A stretch of DNA of 64,000 nt from Fistulifera solaris (lineage: Eukaryota): assembly GCA_030295235.1 (NCBI GenBank), contig AP026131.1, positions 1,054,001-1,118,000 on the forward strand, read 5' to 3'. Shown here piece after piece: positions 34,886 to 47,213 of this stretch (position 1 is the stretch's first letter; each line of letters begins with the position of its first letter). The translations under genes were made by a program, and so were the position numbers. The notes under the pieces were generated by a model. It was not told the DNA's origin. It worked only from the letters and a program-made list of their open reading frames with translations, and made no database searches.

Positions 34886-36211
34886 ATGCGGCGTCAACAT
34901 GTGCTAGCATTCCTACATCTGGTGATGCACTTGCTGAGGTGCGACGCGCGAGAGATTTCCCAAGTGTCGTCGGCCATTTCTCTCGGTATCAAGTCGGCGC
35001 TGGCTCGAAAATCATCTTTTTTACCACCGGCGAACGCACTATCGACGAAAGAAAATACCCGAATCGCTGATTCCGTGTTCGTACCTCCACGTGGAGTCGT
35101 ACGCGATCGATCATCGTCGTCGACTTCTCGTCCTCCACGACCGAGGCCCCAAAAGACGACATCATCATCAACAATACGCCCTTTGGTTTTCTGGGAAAAC
35201 ATGGTATGCGGAGCCATTAGCCGTTCGGTTGCTCAAACCGTCATGCATCCGGCGAACACTTGCAAAACGCTCCTTCAGAGCAGTCCGGATTATCGCTTTC
35301 GAGAATTGCTGAAACCCAGCATGTTTCATCGTTTGAGTATCGGAGCGGGGGCCAATTTATTACTGAGCTTACCGCACGGTGCTATCAATTTTGCCGTTTT
35401 GGAAGCGGTTCGTCATCGGCTTGGAAAATTGGCGAAACAATTCCATACACCGGCCCATTTCGACCCGGCCCTGGATTTCGTCAGTAGTTGCATCAGTACC
35501 ATTTCTTGCAGTGCCGTCTCGACACCGCAAATGGTGATTATGGACAACATCATGGCGGGGAATTATCCTCATCTAGCGGGGGCGATTACGCAAATTCATG
35601 CCAAATACGGAGTTGCGGGGTTTTACCGAGGGTGGCTGCCGGGGCTCATGGGGAAAATTCCAGCATACGCTTTGACTTGGACGTTCTTTCAGCGCTTCAA
35701 GAATCTCCGTGCACGATTGATTCCGGATCGACCGGCATCCAACATCGAGAATAGTATCATGGGAAGCACAGCTAGCGCCTTGACTGTGTGCATCATGATC
35801 CCGGTCGATACCATCAAGACTCGCTTGGTCACACAAGCGGGACGCGTGGGGCCCGCGAAATACAAAGGGATCATCGATTGCGCTAGAACAGTACTGCGGG
35901 AAGAGGGCCTCGTCAGCTTTTACCGCGGTTTGCCGCCTCGGTTGGTTAGCGTTGTCCCCATGATTGGTATTCAGTTCGGAGTATACGAAGCAATGAAACG
36001 AATTATGGTGCAACGACAAAAAACGAGAACGTCTTCACCAGATACCTACTATGGTCCCGAACAAATCATGCAAGAAACGTCCATGGAAGTTGCCGCCAGC
36101 CTGGCCAATCCATTTCCTGCGCCACGTTTTCTGAAACGCATAACACCACAGCCACCGCGTACGACTTGGAGGGATCGACTGAAGCTTTCCAATAAGAGTC
36201 TGGCTAACTGA
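34886..36211 (+). CDS. Mitochondrial carrier family (SLC25) protein with signal peptide and transit-like extension (SAM-carrier-like)
   Basis: PVDTIKTRL signature, YKGIIDC..VLREEG..FYRG, and three carrier repeats. Hydrophobic N-terminus followed by an S/R-rich leader. Confidence 0.9.
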   Translation: MRRQHVLAFLHLVMHLLRCDAREISQVSSAISLGIKSALARKSSFLPPANALSTKENTRIADSVFVPPRGVVRDRSSSSTSRPPRPRPQKTTSSSTIRPLVFWENMVCGAISRSVAQTVMHPANTCKTLLQSSPDYRFRELLKPSMFHRLSIGAGANLLLSLPHGAINFAVLEAVRHRLGKLAKQFHTPAHFDPALDFVSSCISTISCSAVSTPQMVIMDNIMAGNYPHLAGAITQIHAKYGVAGFYRGWLPGLMGKIPAYALTWTFFQRFKNLRARLIPDRPASNIENSIMGSTASALTVCIMIPVDTIKTRLVTQAGRVGPAKYKGIIDCARTVLREEGLVSFYRGLPPRLVSVVPMIGIQFGVYEAMKRIMVQRQKTRTSSPDTYYGPEQIMQETSMEVAASLANPFPAPRFLKRITPQPPRTTWRDRLKLSNKSLAN

Positions 36212-37148
36212 AAGCAAACATAGCTGAGACGAATTTTCTAACTTGCGACAGATCCGAACGCACATGTTGAACTTTAGAACCGCAACACACTACTTAAGAT
36301 AAGCCCCTAGACCCACGTCATCGGAAGATTCCGTGAACCGTGATCAGTGACAAACTAAACAATTAACGTTGAAAAGCGTTCATTTAGCATTTAGATGTGG
36401 TGTGCGAAGTACCAAGTACCGGTACATTAGACTCTCTAGAACTCGTCTCTCGTGTCCACAGTCCACACCTCTACAAAGTACAAGGCAATTGGCAATTGGC
36501 AAGAGTAGCGCTGGAAACCGATCGTTGCCGAAAACGCCTAACTTTCGACAATCCACAGTCCGCAGTCCGCAGTCCACAACCAGCAACTCCAACTCCAACG
36601 CCCCAACGCCCAAGCGTCGAGAACACCTTACGTATGTACGTACGCCTATGCAATGCCTACTACTATGCACAATGCACACGTTCAAAGAAGAAAAAGAGTA
36701 AATACTGTGAACTGTGAATCTTGCGATGAGAAGTAAAGATTATGCCTCGCAACTACGTTTCTCATCGACACACGACACACGACACATGACACATCTTGTT
36801 CTCTCTACTCTTTGGATTATTGTGAGAATGGGCTATGCGCAAAGCTACTCATTAGCGTTCTGAAGTTCTGTTCGTCATACTCCGTAGAAAGTTTTTTTGA
36901 TGGATGGTGGATGGCATAGTTTAGTTCAATGCTTTCGAGCAAAAGGCTTAATTCAAAACAGCAAGAATTGTCGCACTTTGACTGGAAAGTTGCACAGGGA
37001 AAGTTAATGGTCAGAAATTAATCAGCGGTACACTTCACGGTGCGCGCTGTTCGGATTCCACCAGGCGTCGCGAACTCGACGAGATGTTTTCCTCTTCGAC
37101 CATCGGAGACGAAATTCATAAAACGCGAAAACAGCAGCAAACAACGAA

Positions 37149-37400
37149 ATGAACACCATGCCTTCATCATCATCATGTCAGCAACCTGAGCGACGGAACA
37201 TGTCTCCCTTGTACCACGGAAACACGGATACATCACTTTTTAACATGGTTGGAATGCCATCTTTGCATTCCCTTTTGACTGCTTCAATTCCACATGCACG
37301 ACCGATTCCGTTATCCCCAGAGGAACGTCGTCGGGAGCTCATTCGCATATTGGATACGGCATTAGAAATAGTTGATTTAAACGATTTTGGCAGCAATTGA
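37149..37400 (+). CDS. Small hypothetical protein (83 aa), paralog of 38789-38998
   Basis: C-terminal EERRRELIRILDTALEI matches EQRRQELIEILEMALEL in the next small ORF. Preceded by ATAAAA and a CAA-rich leader. Confidence 0.65.
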   Translation: MNTMPSSSSCQQPERRNMSPLYHGNTDTSLFNMVGMPSLHSLLTASIPHARPIPLSPEERRRELIRILDTALEIVDLNDFGSN

Positions 37401-38788
37401 AGGTTCATCGACGAGAACTTCACCACACGTAAACGCATCAAAAACCATCGATGAGACGATATTTTTACGATAAACTTCCTTTACTAAGTCACACTCTTCA
37501 TTATCAACGAGATTCATGATTGTTTTAGATGAACTTAAACGACCTGTAAAATGATTGGAAGCAAGAAGGCGGAAGCTTGAGCGCTAATAATCATTCGTCG
37601 TTCGTCATGGAGGCACGCATCAAACATTTCACCAAAAACACCAAGACGTTTCAGCTTCCGGATTGAGATTGGGCAGTTTGCAGTTTGCAGACGTACCAGT
37701 ACTGTCCGTATGTCAGTACGCAGATGAGAGAATATTTCGTGATCCGCGTCATGTTGTAGGTTGTAGGATTTTCTGCGTTCCGGAGAAGAATCTCTGGAAC
37801 CCTGGAACACTCTAGAGAGGCTCCAGCGACAGAATGATGTCTTTATTCTTTTCTTTGTTACCTGGTAGTGCATCTCGTATCTCGTCCGCTCGCACGTCAT
37901 CCCTCTAGAATCGAATCGTCTTCGGTCCGAAGTCCGAACCATAGTGAATCCATCCACACACAGACTGCAGTAGTAGGTTTCGTGCTGGCAGCTAAGAGAT
38001 AACTCTAGATTGCTAGCTACCCTACCAGTAGCTAGTGCATTAAAAAATGTTTTTTTACAAAGCACAAAAGCTATTTTGCTATAGTATCTGTTTCGCTTGC
38101 TCCTATTCGCTGCCGATATCTTATGACTTATGACTCCTCTTCTAGAAATCAAGCTAGAAGCGATGTAAAGATGGTAAGAACTGGCATCCCAGCGTTGGAG
38201 ATCCGACCATTTTCATTTTTCATGGGATTGAAACTTGAAAACGCAAGACGCTGCAGTTCTCTGCATACTATGATGACTCATAGACCGCCTTCCACATTGC
38301 ATTCTGCCAGGTCACGCTGTCTCAATCTTACTCACAGCCGAGCGAGTAAATTGAAACAACCAACAACCATTTGGAAGTAGTTAGATATTGGATTCCGTTG
38401 GTGGAAGCTTCAAGACTTCTGCTTTCTGCTTGCCTGCAGAATTTCCTAGTTACTAATCCCCCCTAACGAACAGTGAAGAGAGCTTTGAGAAATTAGAAAT
38501 TAGACGTCGAACTCGAATGATGGAGAACAAGCACAGAGACAAGTGCTGAGGAAGAACTACATGTTCACCTATACTGATCGGATTTAGGAGTCGCGATAAA
38601 GAAGCGGCAAGGAACAATGACTAATCAAACTTGGTTGAAGAATTCGCTACGGAAAAGCGTTCCAGGTTCTAGCTCCAGATTCGAGTTTTCTTTCCTCTCA
38701 TCAATTGCTCTAAAAAATCCAAACAGCCACCTCCATCAACCGTTTCTACATACATTAATTGAAAGCAGTCACTTTTCTAAAAATAAAA

Positions 38789-38998
38789 ATGAAAAACATG
38801 TTGCCGCCTTGTCACGCTCAACAAAAAAAAGTGTTTCCCACAACACTTCTTGAGAGCTTGCTTCAAAACGCATCCCGAGCTTCGCATTCCCGCGTAAGCC
38901 AAGGTCCTAGCAAGACATCGGAGCAACGCCGACAAGAATTGATTGAGATATTGGAAATGGCTCTCGAGCTTAGTGCCTCTTTTGACGACAAGTTGTAA
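38789..38998 (+). CDS. Small hypothetical protein (69 aa), paralog of 37149-37400
   Basis: Shares an L.SLL segment and the C-terminal amphipathic helix motif with the 37149 ORF. Confidence 0.65.
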   Translation: MKNMLPPCHAQQKKVFPTTLLESLLQNASRASHSRVSQGPSKTSEQRRQELIEILEMALELSASFDDKL

Positions 38999-39310
38999 AG
39001 AAGCGGTGTTGTCTAGTCATCACAAGAGCGTTTCTTCGAGTATCAACCCTACGGAACATCTTAAAGTTGCTTCAAACTAAACCTACTTACGAACTTTCTG
39101 AATAAAAAACGAGAGTTAAGTCATATGCCGTATGAAATAGATAAACCTCGCCTTTTCTCTTTAAAGTAGGCGTGTTAAAACGTATCAAATATATCGCTCC
39201 CGCTTTCAATCAAAATATTTCACGGCATAGCAGTGAAAATCTTCCCAAGGTCACCTTAAGACTAACATTTCCGAGATGACGCTCTCTAAGAAACGAGGAT
39301 CCGGATCTGT

Positions 39311-41379
39311 CTACCGCTGATTCAAGAGAGTCGAGTTAGAAGTTGCAGGTTCTTCAATATCAGCGGCTAGCTCCTCTACTAATACAAAATCGTCAACATC
39401 ACAACCTAGCTCATTGCAAAAATACTCCATGTCTTGCAGTCGGACCGTGCCGTCTCCGTTCGTATCAGCGTAAGAGTGCACGAACTCGGCCAACACCGAC
39501 TCGCGTTGATCAACACTCAAGCCCAGCTTATCTCGCAATGCTAATTGGATTTCTTCAACGGTAATGATTCCATCGCCCGACATATCCAAAGCTTCTAAGC
39601 GTTGCTCCACCCCGCAATCAGCGTAAACATCACAAGCATCTTCATCATCGTCCATAATTTCATCGCCAATTGCACTCCAAAGTTGATTCCAAAGATTTCG
39701 AGCAAAGTGACCCATGAGCTCTGCGTGAATATTCACATAGGTGCCTTTGGGTGGCAAAAGATGCGGATTGTCTGTATAATACTCGGTCAATGGCCACGAT
39801 TGCCCGTTCGTCAAGTCTGAAATTTTAGTTGCTACACGGTAGATGCGGTTCAGATTCAGTGGCTCGCCCGCGACGTGTGTCACCTTCCCTTCAGAATCCT
39901 GGATAATGCCCTCATCGTACTGCATCCAACCAGGGATAGGATCGCCTGCATGGGTTGCCTCAATGCCGGCCGCCAAGACAGAACCCGGCATTTTGACGAC
40001 TGCAACTACCTCGTCACTCTTAATTTCGGCTTCAAGAGACTCCAGACTGAAAAAAGCATCATTCGGATAGTCCATATTGCCGCGGATGTTCCCTCCCATC
40101 AACAATACAGCATCGACCCGGTGCTGACGGTCACGACGACTCACGTTTAAACTGGTTCGAAGTAGCGAACAGATAAGCTTTCCCATACTACAAACGGATT
40201 CGCGACTTCCATTACTGGTCAAAGGACGGAAAATTTCTGGGATTTGTGCTAGTTCTGTATTTCGAAGAGGCGCAAGAGCGTCGTACGCACGTTGATTGGC
40301 TTCATGAGAGGCTGGATTGGGAGCCCAGTCGTCAACTTTCACAAACTTTGCCCGAATATTGGGTTTTTCTTGATCCTTGTGCGACCAGCTCAATTCCAAC
40401 ATCGTTGCGTACTCCGCATTCATACCAGGCTTGAGTAAGCGAGTTCCATGAATGACCTCATCCACTCGGTGATGATCATGCCCACTCAAGACAACCGGAA
40501 AGTCGAATTCTTTGCACGTCCTGTGATCGTCGGGAACGTACAAGTGCTGCAACGGAACGACAATATCACATCCTTTCTCTTCTTCAAGGATATGCTTGTA
40601 TTTCTTCAATGCTTCCCATGGGTCCGTAATTGTAGCACCACCAAACGCACCCGGCGCCTTAAAGTGCGAATACACCGCTGGATCGTTCGTCAACACCGCG
40701 CACAATCCCACTTTACGAGTGTGTTCACCGTCAGAGCTCGTTAACTCAATCACATCGTACTCCAGCTGATCATCCATCGCCTCATGATCGAGCATATTGC
40801 TGTTTAACCCTATAAGAATGGTATGAAAAGAAATAAGATTGAATTCACAATGCTCCCTCGGCGAACGAGATCGTACTTACACTTTCCGGGGAAATTTCGC
40901 ACATGAGTGACTTGCGTCTTGTGAGGTTGGTCGGCTTCATGATTTCCCCCAGGTGATATAATCCAGTGGGATCCGTGCCAACGCGCGCATCATTCCGAAA
41001 CCGCGGTCGACGGAAGCCAGCAAGTAGGGGCTCAAAAAGTCTCCCGTCAAGACACTCACGACCGTAGCACCTTTGGCTTTGACGCGCGTTTGCTCCAACA
41101 GTGTTTGAAAGCTACCCAAGTTCTCCAAGGTGTAAATATCTGTAATCTGCAAGATGCAAAGGCGGCATTCGGAGTCCGAGGTCGGTTCCGGACCCCAGTC
41201 TTCGGCTTGTTCGTCGACGATGATACTATCGGGTGCGTTGGGTGCACGACCTCCTCCGGCGAGTCTCTTTTGTCATAGGCATTCGGAATACCGTTGGTTG
41301 CTAAAGCAAAGGTTGGGACGGTGAAGGCTTTGGCTGTCGCCACACATAATAGTAAAAGGTTGATTACAAATCTCATCAT
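39311..41379 (-). CDS. 5'-nucleotidase (calcineurin-like metallophosphoesterase plus 5'-NT C-terminal domain) with two EF-hands; signal peptide
   Basis: QITDIY, TGDFLSP, TWGNHE (after 1-bp correction at ~40947), LSGHDH and GGNIRG; EF-hands DMSGDGIITVEE and DTNGDGTVRLQD. Intron 40810-40880; second frameshift near 41270; AKA-F targeting motif. Confidence 0.88.
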
Positions 41380-41703
41380 AAATGAAAAAGTCGAAACGCA
41401 TTCTTTTCAAAGAATATTTTCGAATTTGAAACTGTTCCGGATAATGAAGCAACATAGAGATGAGCGAGTAAAATAGGCGAATGTGCCAAAAGAATTCTTT
41501 TCAATGCGTTTTCTCGATCGAAGTCCATCGAGTTTCGTGACCTTTTATTCACCGCAATGGATTTTTGTTTTTTTTTGTTGCGCCGTTTTCGACGGCGATC
41601 GAGACGCACGTGTCAAGAACTCGTGACTCAAGTTAAGAAAGTCAAGTCGTTTCACAAAAAAATAAACGCAGAAGAGAAGAATTGAAGTCTATTCAAAGCG
41701 TTT

Positions 41704-42569
41704 CTAGTATTTAAGCAAAAGATCTCTATTTTCGTTGAAAAAGATTTCCCATTCTCCCCACGCTGCGTTTGGGATATATTCCAATGGAATTAACCCACGT
41801 TTGTCGGCCGCCAGCAAAAATCTTATTTCGTACTCCAGCAATAGTTTGACCACTTCAAAGTCGGGACGGCCGGTCCAACAAGCATCATGCAGTGGATTTC
41901 TTCCTTGTTCGCAACAGACTCGGAGTGATACGCCCTGTTCCAAGAAAAGCAAAAGAATATCGAACGCCCCTCGACGAGCCGCTGTGTGCACAACGCTCTC
42001 TCCAAACTTATTTGTGCATTGAAGATTCTGTCCTTTCGCCGCAATCTCTCTAATTTTCTTCAAATCGTGTTGACGAACAGCGCTGGTAAGCTCCATGGTG
42101 TAGCCGTCGCTGTTCCATGGAGCCCAAAAATCATAGTCTCGATAGGATCGGATGCAAAAGCCTCTCCCAAAATGTCTCGCAGAACCTGAATGGGTTTCCG
42201 CTGATCGTCCTTTACTGCTACTGCAGATGCTGTCTGCACGTGATAAAGGATACGTCCACCACGGTTGATCGCCGTATCCGAGCCGACACGCGAAATTGGT
42301 TGGACGGAAGTGGATGCCATCATGGAGGGCAAGTCACCGGTGGAGCCAACAGCGCCTCGTAACAAGCTCTGCATAGCTTGAGATAGAAAGAGCTGACGTT
42401 GTGTTTTCTCCACGCTCGGATGTTGAGGTTCATGTTCGTCGTCTTCCTCCTCCGAGTCATCGTCACTATCATCCTCGAACGACGAATCGGAGCCATCGGA
42501 ATCATCATCATCATCTGCTTGCTCTAGCTCCTTTTGAGGAACAATCTCCAACTTGTCTTGTTGATTCAT
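41704..42569 (-). CDS. Ankyrin-repeat protein with acidic N-terminus (frameshift near 42128)
   Basis: NKFGESVVHTAARRG, GRNPLHDACW and DKRGLIPLEY. Confidence 0.85.
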
Positions 42570-43223
42570 TGTCGTTGAGTCTCTTCAGTGTGGAAAATCT
42601 CAATGCTTTTATAAGGTGTCAATCAATGATGACGGAAACGAGAGAACAAAGTTCGGAAAAAGTGAAAAGGTTGGGACGACGAACGACGACACTCCTCCTC
42701 CCTCGATCGCGCATCGCGCCCTCAAAGCGCAACGTACCTAAAAGGCCCAAGCGGTACCAGCTATATGAAGCTTACTGTAGACAGTACGATATTATTTTAC
42801 GTCGTACCAATTTTAGTAGTTAAGAAGAAAGGGTCATCACTCATCACAATTCACAAGGAATGACCATGCTTCATCGACCGAACAATTCGATAAAACACTT
42901 TGTTGATGTCGAGTTGATCCGAAATTTTGAAAGTAACAAAACGTTTTAATGGAGGATTAAGACAAAGGACAAGAGTGCTTCTTATTGCTATGTAGGTTCG
43001 CTAGTTAGTAAGCGGCAGCGGCATGTTTCCGCATGTCAAAAGCTCATGGAATGCTTCGAAGCAAGAGGAGAAAGCAATCAATATCCGGCAACTTTTAGTC
43101 GAATACTTCGATAGCAAAAATCATATAACTTGTTTAATGGGCTAGCACAAGTTGTCAATATAATGTCTTTTCGTTGTCATTCAATAGACCATAAGCCGAT
43201 TGATGCGACATCAGCAGAAAATT

Positions 43224-43876
43224 TTAGTTGGATTGCAGCATCAGAGTTTCTCTGATGGCTGGAGGATGGTCTTCTGAAAGAGAGCTTCTTTGCGGCATTC
43301 TCAGTCCCATAGGCGAGCATTTTGTCTTCTCCATTATTGACGGGTGACCAAAGTTTTTCTTCTGAAGCGCGCTCAAAGTTTTGTTGAGAAAGGCACTCGA
43401 CTCGCTTGCATCATTGTTTGACCTAATCGGTTTCCGCGGAGGACCAGATAAAATGAGATCGAATCTCTTTTTGCTGTCTGATTGACAAGACAGAACAGGT
43501 TTTTCCACTTTTTGCCAATCGTCGTTTTGAAGACTACCCGTGTTTGAATAGTTGTCAACCATAGGGGCAGAAGTCGTCTTCGTGCAAGCAAAGCACGGGA
43601 TCCGACGAGGTGGTTCGAAGCGCTTTCATCAGTCGTGATTGTCGCGACAGTGTGGGACATTTTCAACCTTTGTTTCCCTGCTTGATTATCACTATTCCAC
43701 CGGCACTGTTTAGAGGACGGCTTTCTCAGATTTGATTTACTTGTTGACAATACGAGAGGAGGAAAACTTTCTCCATTTTCTGATTTGGACCAAGTAGGTC
43801 GACGCGCGTTATCTGAAATGATGGTCAGCTCGTCAAAGGAGACAACTCGACGGAACACATTTTCATGAAGCAACAT
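43224..43876 (-). CDS. Hypothetical low-complexity protein (frameshift near 43565)
   Basis: Overlapping ORFs 43373-44011 and 43224-43562; IISDNA, CRW and PRKPIRS short motifs. Confidence 0.55.
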
Positions 43877-43989
43877 GATAATCGTCTTTGATAAGTTATA
43901 TTGGCTTGATTTGGTTTTAACCGATTGAACTGCCGGGAAATGAAGAAGACGAAAGCCTGACGAAAGACGGCAGGCGAAGATGGAGCGGA

Positions 43990-45756
43990 CGAGACACGAG
44001 ACACGAGACACGAGACACTAGGCTTCTTCGTTCTTCGGGGTATCTTCGCACTTTGCACCTACAGCCTACGCCCCACAGTAAACAGTAGTACTTTCGGGTC
44101 CTATTTTTGATTATCTTAGAACTTGAAACATGCAAAGTTCAAAGAAGAACGAACTTAGTCACTCAAAGTCTACAGAAGACAACAAAAAATTACGACAAAG
44201 CAAGACTCTCTATCCTTTGTATCTGGTTCAAAGTAGCGAGAACTTCGGAGCGGTGGAGAGCGGATAGCGGATCGGACTTTTGTCTTTTGTCCGATTGCCG
44301 ACAAACGACATCCGATTAACGAACAACGCATTACGCCAATTAGCAAGTCTAATTTTTTATAAAAGTTTTACTCTCTCTAGACTTCTCTAGCTGGAGTCTC
44401 TGTTCTCTGTTCTCCGTCTCTCTAGAGTCTCCCTCTAGAGACTATGCATTTGGCTTTTGGCTCACGGTCCATGGTCCACGGATCACGGCTTCAGGGCTTC
44501 AGAGCCGTCCAATGTCCAATCTCTAGCTCAGCTAACAACCGACTGCGTTTTTCCCTTACACAAACCATCAAATGCAGAGCTCGCCCGCAGCCCGCAGCTT
44601 TTTTATGCAAACCGCTAGCCGTATTTTTTCTAGTCTACCAAACTGTGAGCTAAAACATTCTAAAAAATGGTCTAAGGCAAGTCCAAGGTATAAGGTTTTA
44701 ATAAAAAATACTGTAAGTCACGTGTTTCGTGTCTTGGTCATGGGTCATGGGTCACGGTCACGTTACAGATCGAAGGTCATTGACAGTTGACAGATGAATA
44801 AGTAGGGACAGTAAATACGAAGACGTCATTGAGCCATAAAGTCATTAGTCATTGTAGTCATCAACTAATAGCTCCGTATACAGTAGTAGGTAGGTCTACA
44901 GTCTACAGTATTCATATACAGTATTCATTATTCAATAGACTATTGTGACTTTTGACTATTCATTATTCATTCGTCATCGTCATTCGTCATTCAGCAAGTC
45001 AGAGATCAGAAACTCGGAACGAATTATTTTTGTAAGGACGCAGGAACGACCCAGAACCCAGAACACAGTCCATGTCACGGGCTGATGCTAAAATGCAAGA
45101 ACTACCTAACATGTGACTATTTACCACAATTTGTAGACGTAAACCGTAAACCCAAGACGCTGACTACTGGCAATTGCTTGGTTCGACGCAAAGAAATTCA
45201 AAGTATGAAAGATTCATCTCAGCGTCTCGTATTGTTCCTCTAATACAAACTCTTACATTTTTGCTCTTTATTCCGTCGTATCGTTGAATCTTAACATAAT
45301 GATTCGCTTTCGGACTCCACACCACGCAGTGGCATTTTCATATGAAAATGTATGCTGAAGGTATGCTGACTTGAAAGCAGCTGTGTAGAGGTTTAGAAAA
45401 TTGGAAAGAAATAATGAATACGCTAAGTGTCAACTCGAATCTTAGATGGCTGCAACAAGCCAGAATGCAAATGTTCTTGATAACTATCTCAATTTTATGC
45501 GGGCTTGCCATTTAGATTCTTTATTCATCTCGTGCTCTTTGTTGATGTTTTTAGTATTGGTACCGGTACGATCTTCGTGAGATATGGAAGGTGAAATAAT
45601 GTGGAATGTGGAATGTGGAATGTGGAACTCATTAATTTTGTTAGAATATTTTACTTTTGATGTTGTCGTACTCGACACTCGACAAACGTAGCAAAAGGAG
45701 GCACTTGCATCTTCTTGCATCGCTCGTCATCGCGAAAAGCAAGTCGAAGGTCGAAG
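43990..45756. repeat. Intergenic region rich in unrelated 7-bp tandem duplications
   Basis: (CGAGACA)4 at 43990, CACGGTC-type x4 at 44463, (GGTCATG)x3 at 44736, (TTGACAG)2 at 44780, (GTCTACA)2 at 44894, (ACCCAGA)2 at 45049, (CGTAAAC)2 at 45138, (TGTGGAA)4 at 45600, (ACTCGAC)2 at 45670 and (GTCGAAG)2 at 45743. Confidence 0.85.
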
Positions 45757-45849
45757 GTTGAGCTATCTCGATGCAAATTATCTATCCAATCAGAAACTAC
45801 TTTACTCATTCATCTTGACTGAAGAGAATACATACCTTCGGTTTGAAGC

Positions 45850-46965
45850 ATGCAGCCCTTACAAAGGAAACGAAGATGCGTGTGGGTTTGTCTGATGTTC
45901 TTGATCCTTCATCATGCGCCAGTGTTGACTTTCCAACCCGCGCGGCAAACTAATTTTCGGTCACGCTCGAAAGATCTTTCAGTATTTTCTCTCAATATTC
46001 CCCCAAGTCAGGTACGGAATCGTCAATCTACAGCACTAAACATGTTCATGGGCTCAGATGGTGGTGTACTTGGTATCGGAACACCCGAACTGGTGAGTGA
46101 TGAAGAAAGTATTCGTCGACGATCTTTTTGTTTTATGCTCATCTAAACACTCTGTATCAAGGCTACAATTCTGTTAGTGGGATACTTTGTCCTCGGACCG
46201 AGTGATCTGTACAAGATCGTGAAAGAAGTGGGAAAATTCATTCAGAATGTGCGAACCTTTAGTACAGATCTCACCACGACATTCGAAAGCAACATGGAAT
46301 CACAGCTTCAACTACAAGATATTCGTAAAGCACAGCAAGAATTAAATGATGCCTTTTCATTTCGCCGATCCATTAATATCAATGAAGAGGCGGAAGCCTT
46401 TTCGAACGAAACGGTCGAAACGGTAGCACCTCCCGCTGCGGCGGCTGCGTCGTCCTCGCAAATTGCTTCCAAGAAGATTCGAAGGCGGGTCAAGAAACGC
46501 GTTCCTCCACCTGCAACAGTTCCTGATTTAGAAATGCCCAGCCAGACGGAAGACTCTTCCATTTCCGCATTGGAAGCTGCTGAAATCGAAAAGGAGTTTG
46601 AGAAGTACACCAGCGATGTCACCGATGATTACATTCGTCCTAAGGCTGCCACCGAAAAGACCGATGCTTGGTACAGTGAACCAGATGCCGGAGCAACGTC
46701 CCGATTTCAACAGCAATTAAGTGGCACATGGAATGAACAAATCCTCCAAAACGAAGATAAACTCAGTCCCATCGCGACGGTCATGAACAAGATTGCGTTG
46801 CTCGAGAAGGAAAAGAAAGCTGCTATGCTGCGACTGGAAGAAGAGTATGCTCAACGAAAAGCTTTAGAAGATCGGTATTATCAAGAGCAGCGCGCCCTTT
46901 TGGAAGAAGCCAGCTTTCAGATCCAAGACGAGCTGATTTTAGGTCCCAAGTCTAGTAAAGCATGA
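45850..46965 (+). CDS. TatB/Hcf106-like thylakoid twin-arginine translocase subunit, plastid-targeted
   Basis: GIGTPELATILLVGYFVLGPSDLYKIVKEVGKFIQNVR (TatA/B TM helix, GP hinge, amphipathic helix) across intron 46093-46161. Bipartite leader. Confidence 0.85.
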
Positions 46966-47213
46966 GCAATATCTGTCATATCTGCAAAGAATTAGCTACC
47001 GAATTAGTTCAGAAAAGTAGAGTACATATTTACGGAGTAATATTTAGTGTGCGAGCACTTAGTCATCCTAGCTACTGCACAGCAGGTGTGACCTTCTTGG
47101 GATTGCAAATGACGTGGCAAAAGGCGCATCATCATCGCCTCATCGCAAGCATTTTCTTGCACCCCATTCATTTCATTTTTCTGTTGCTGTTTATTGTTGT
47201 GTTAGAATAAATC

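Noticed and set aside
37535..38152. 205 aa minus-strand ORF between the two small ORFs
   Set aside because: No domain motifs and atypical composition; it lies in the probable upstream regulatory region of the second small ORF.
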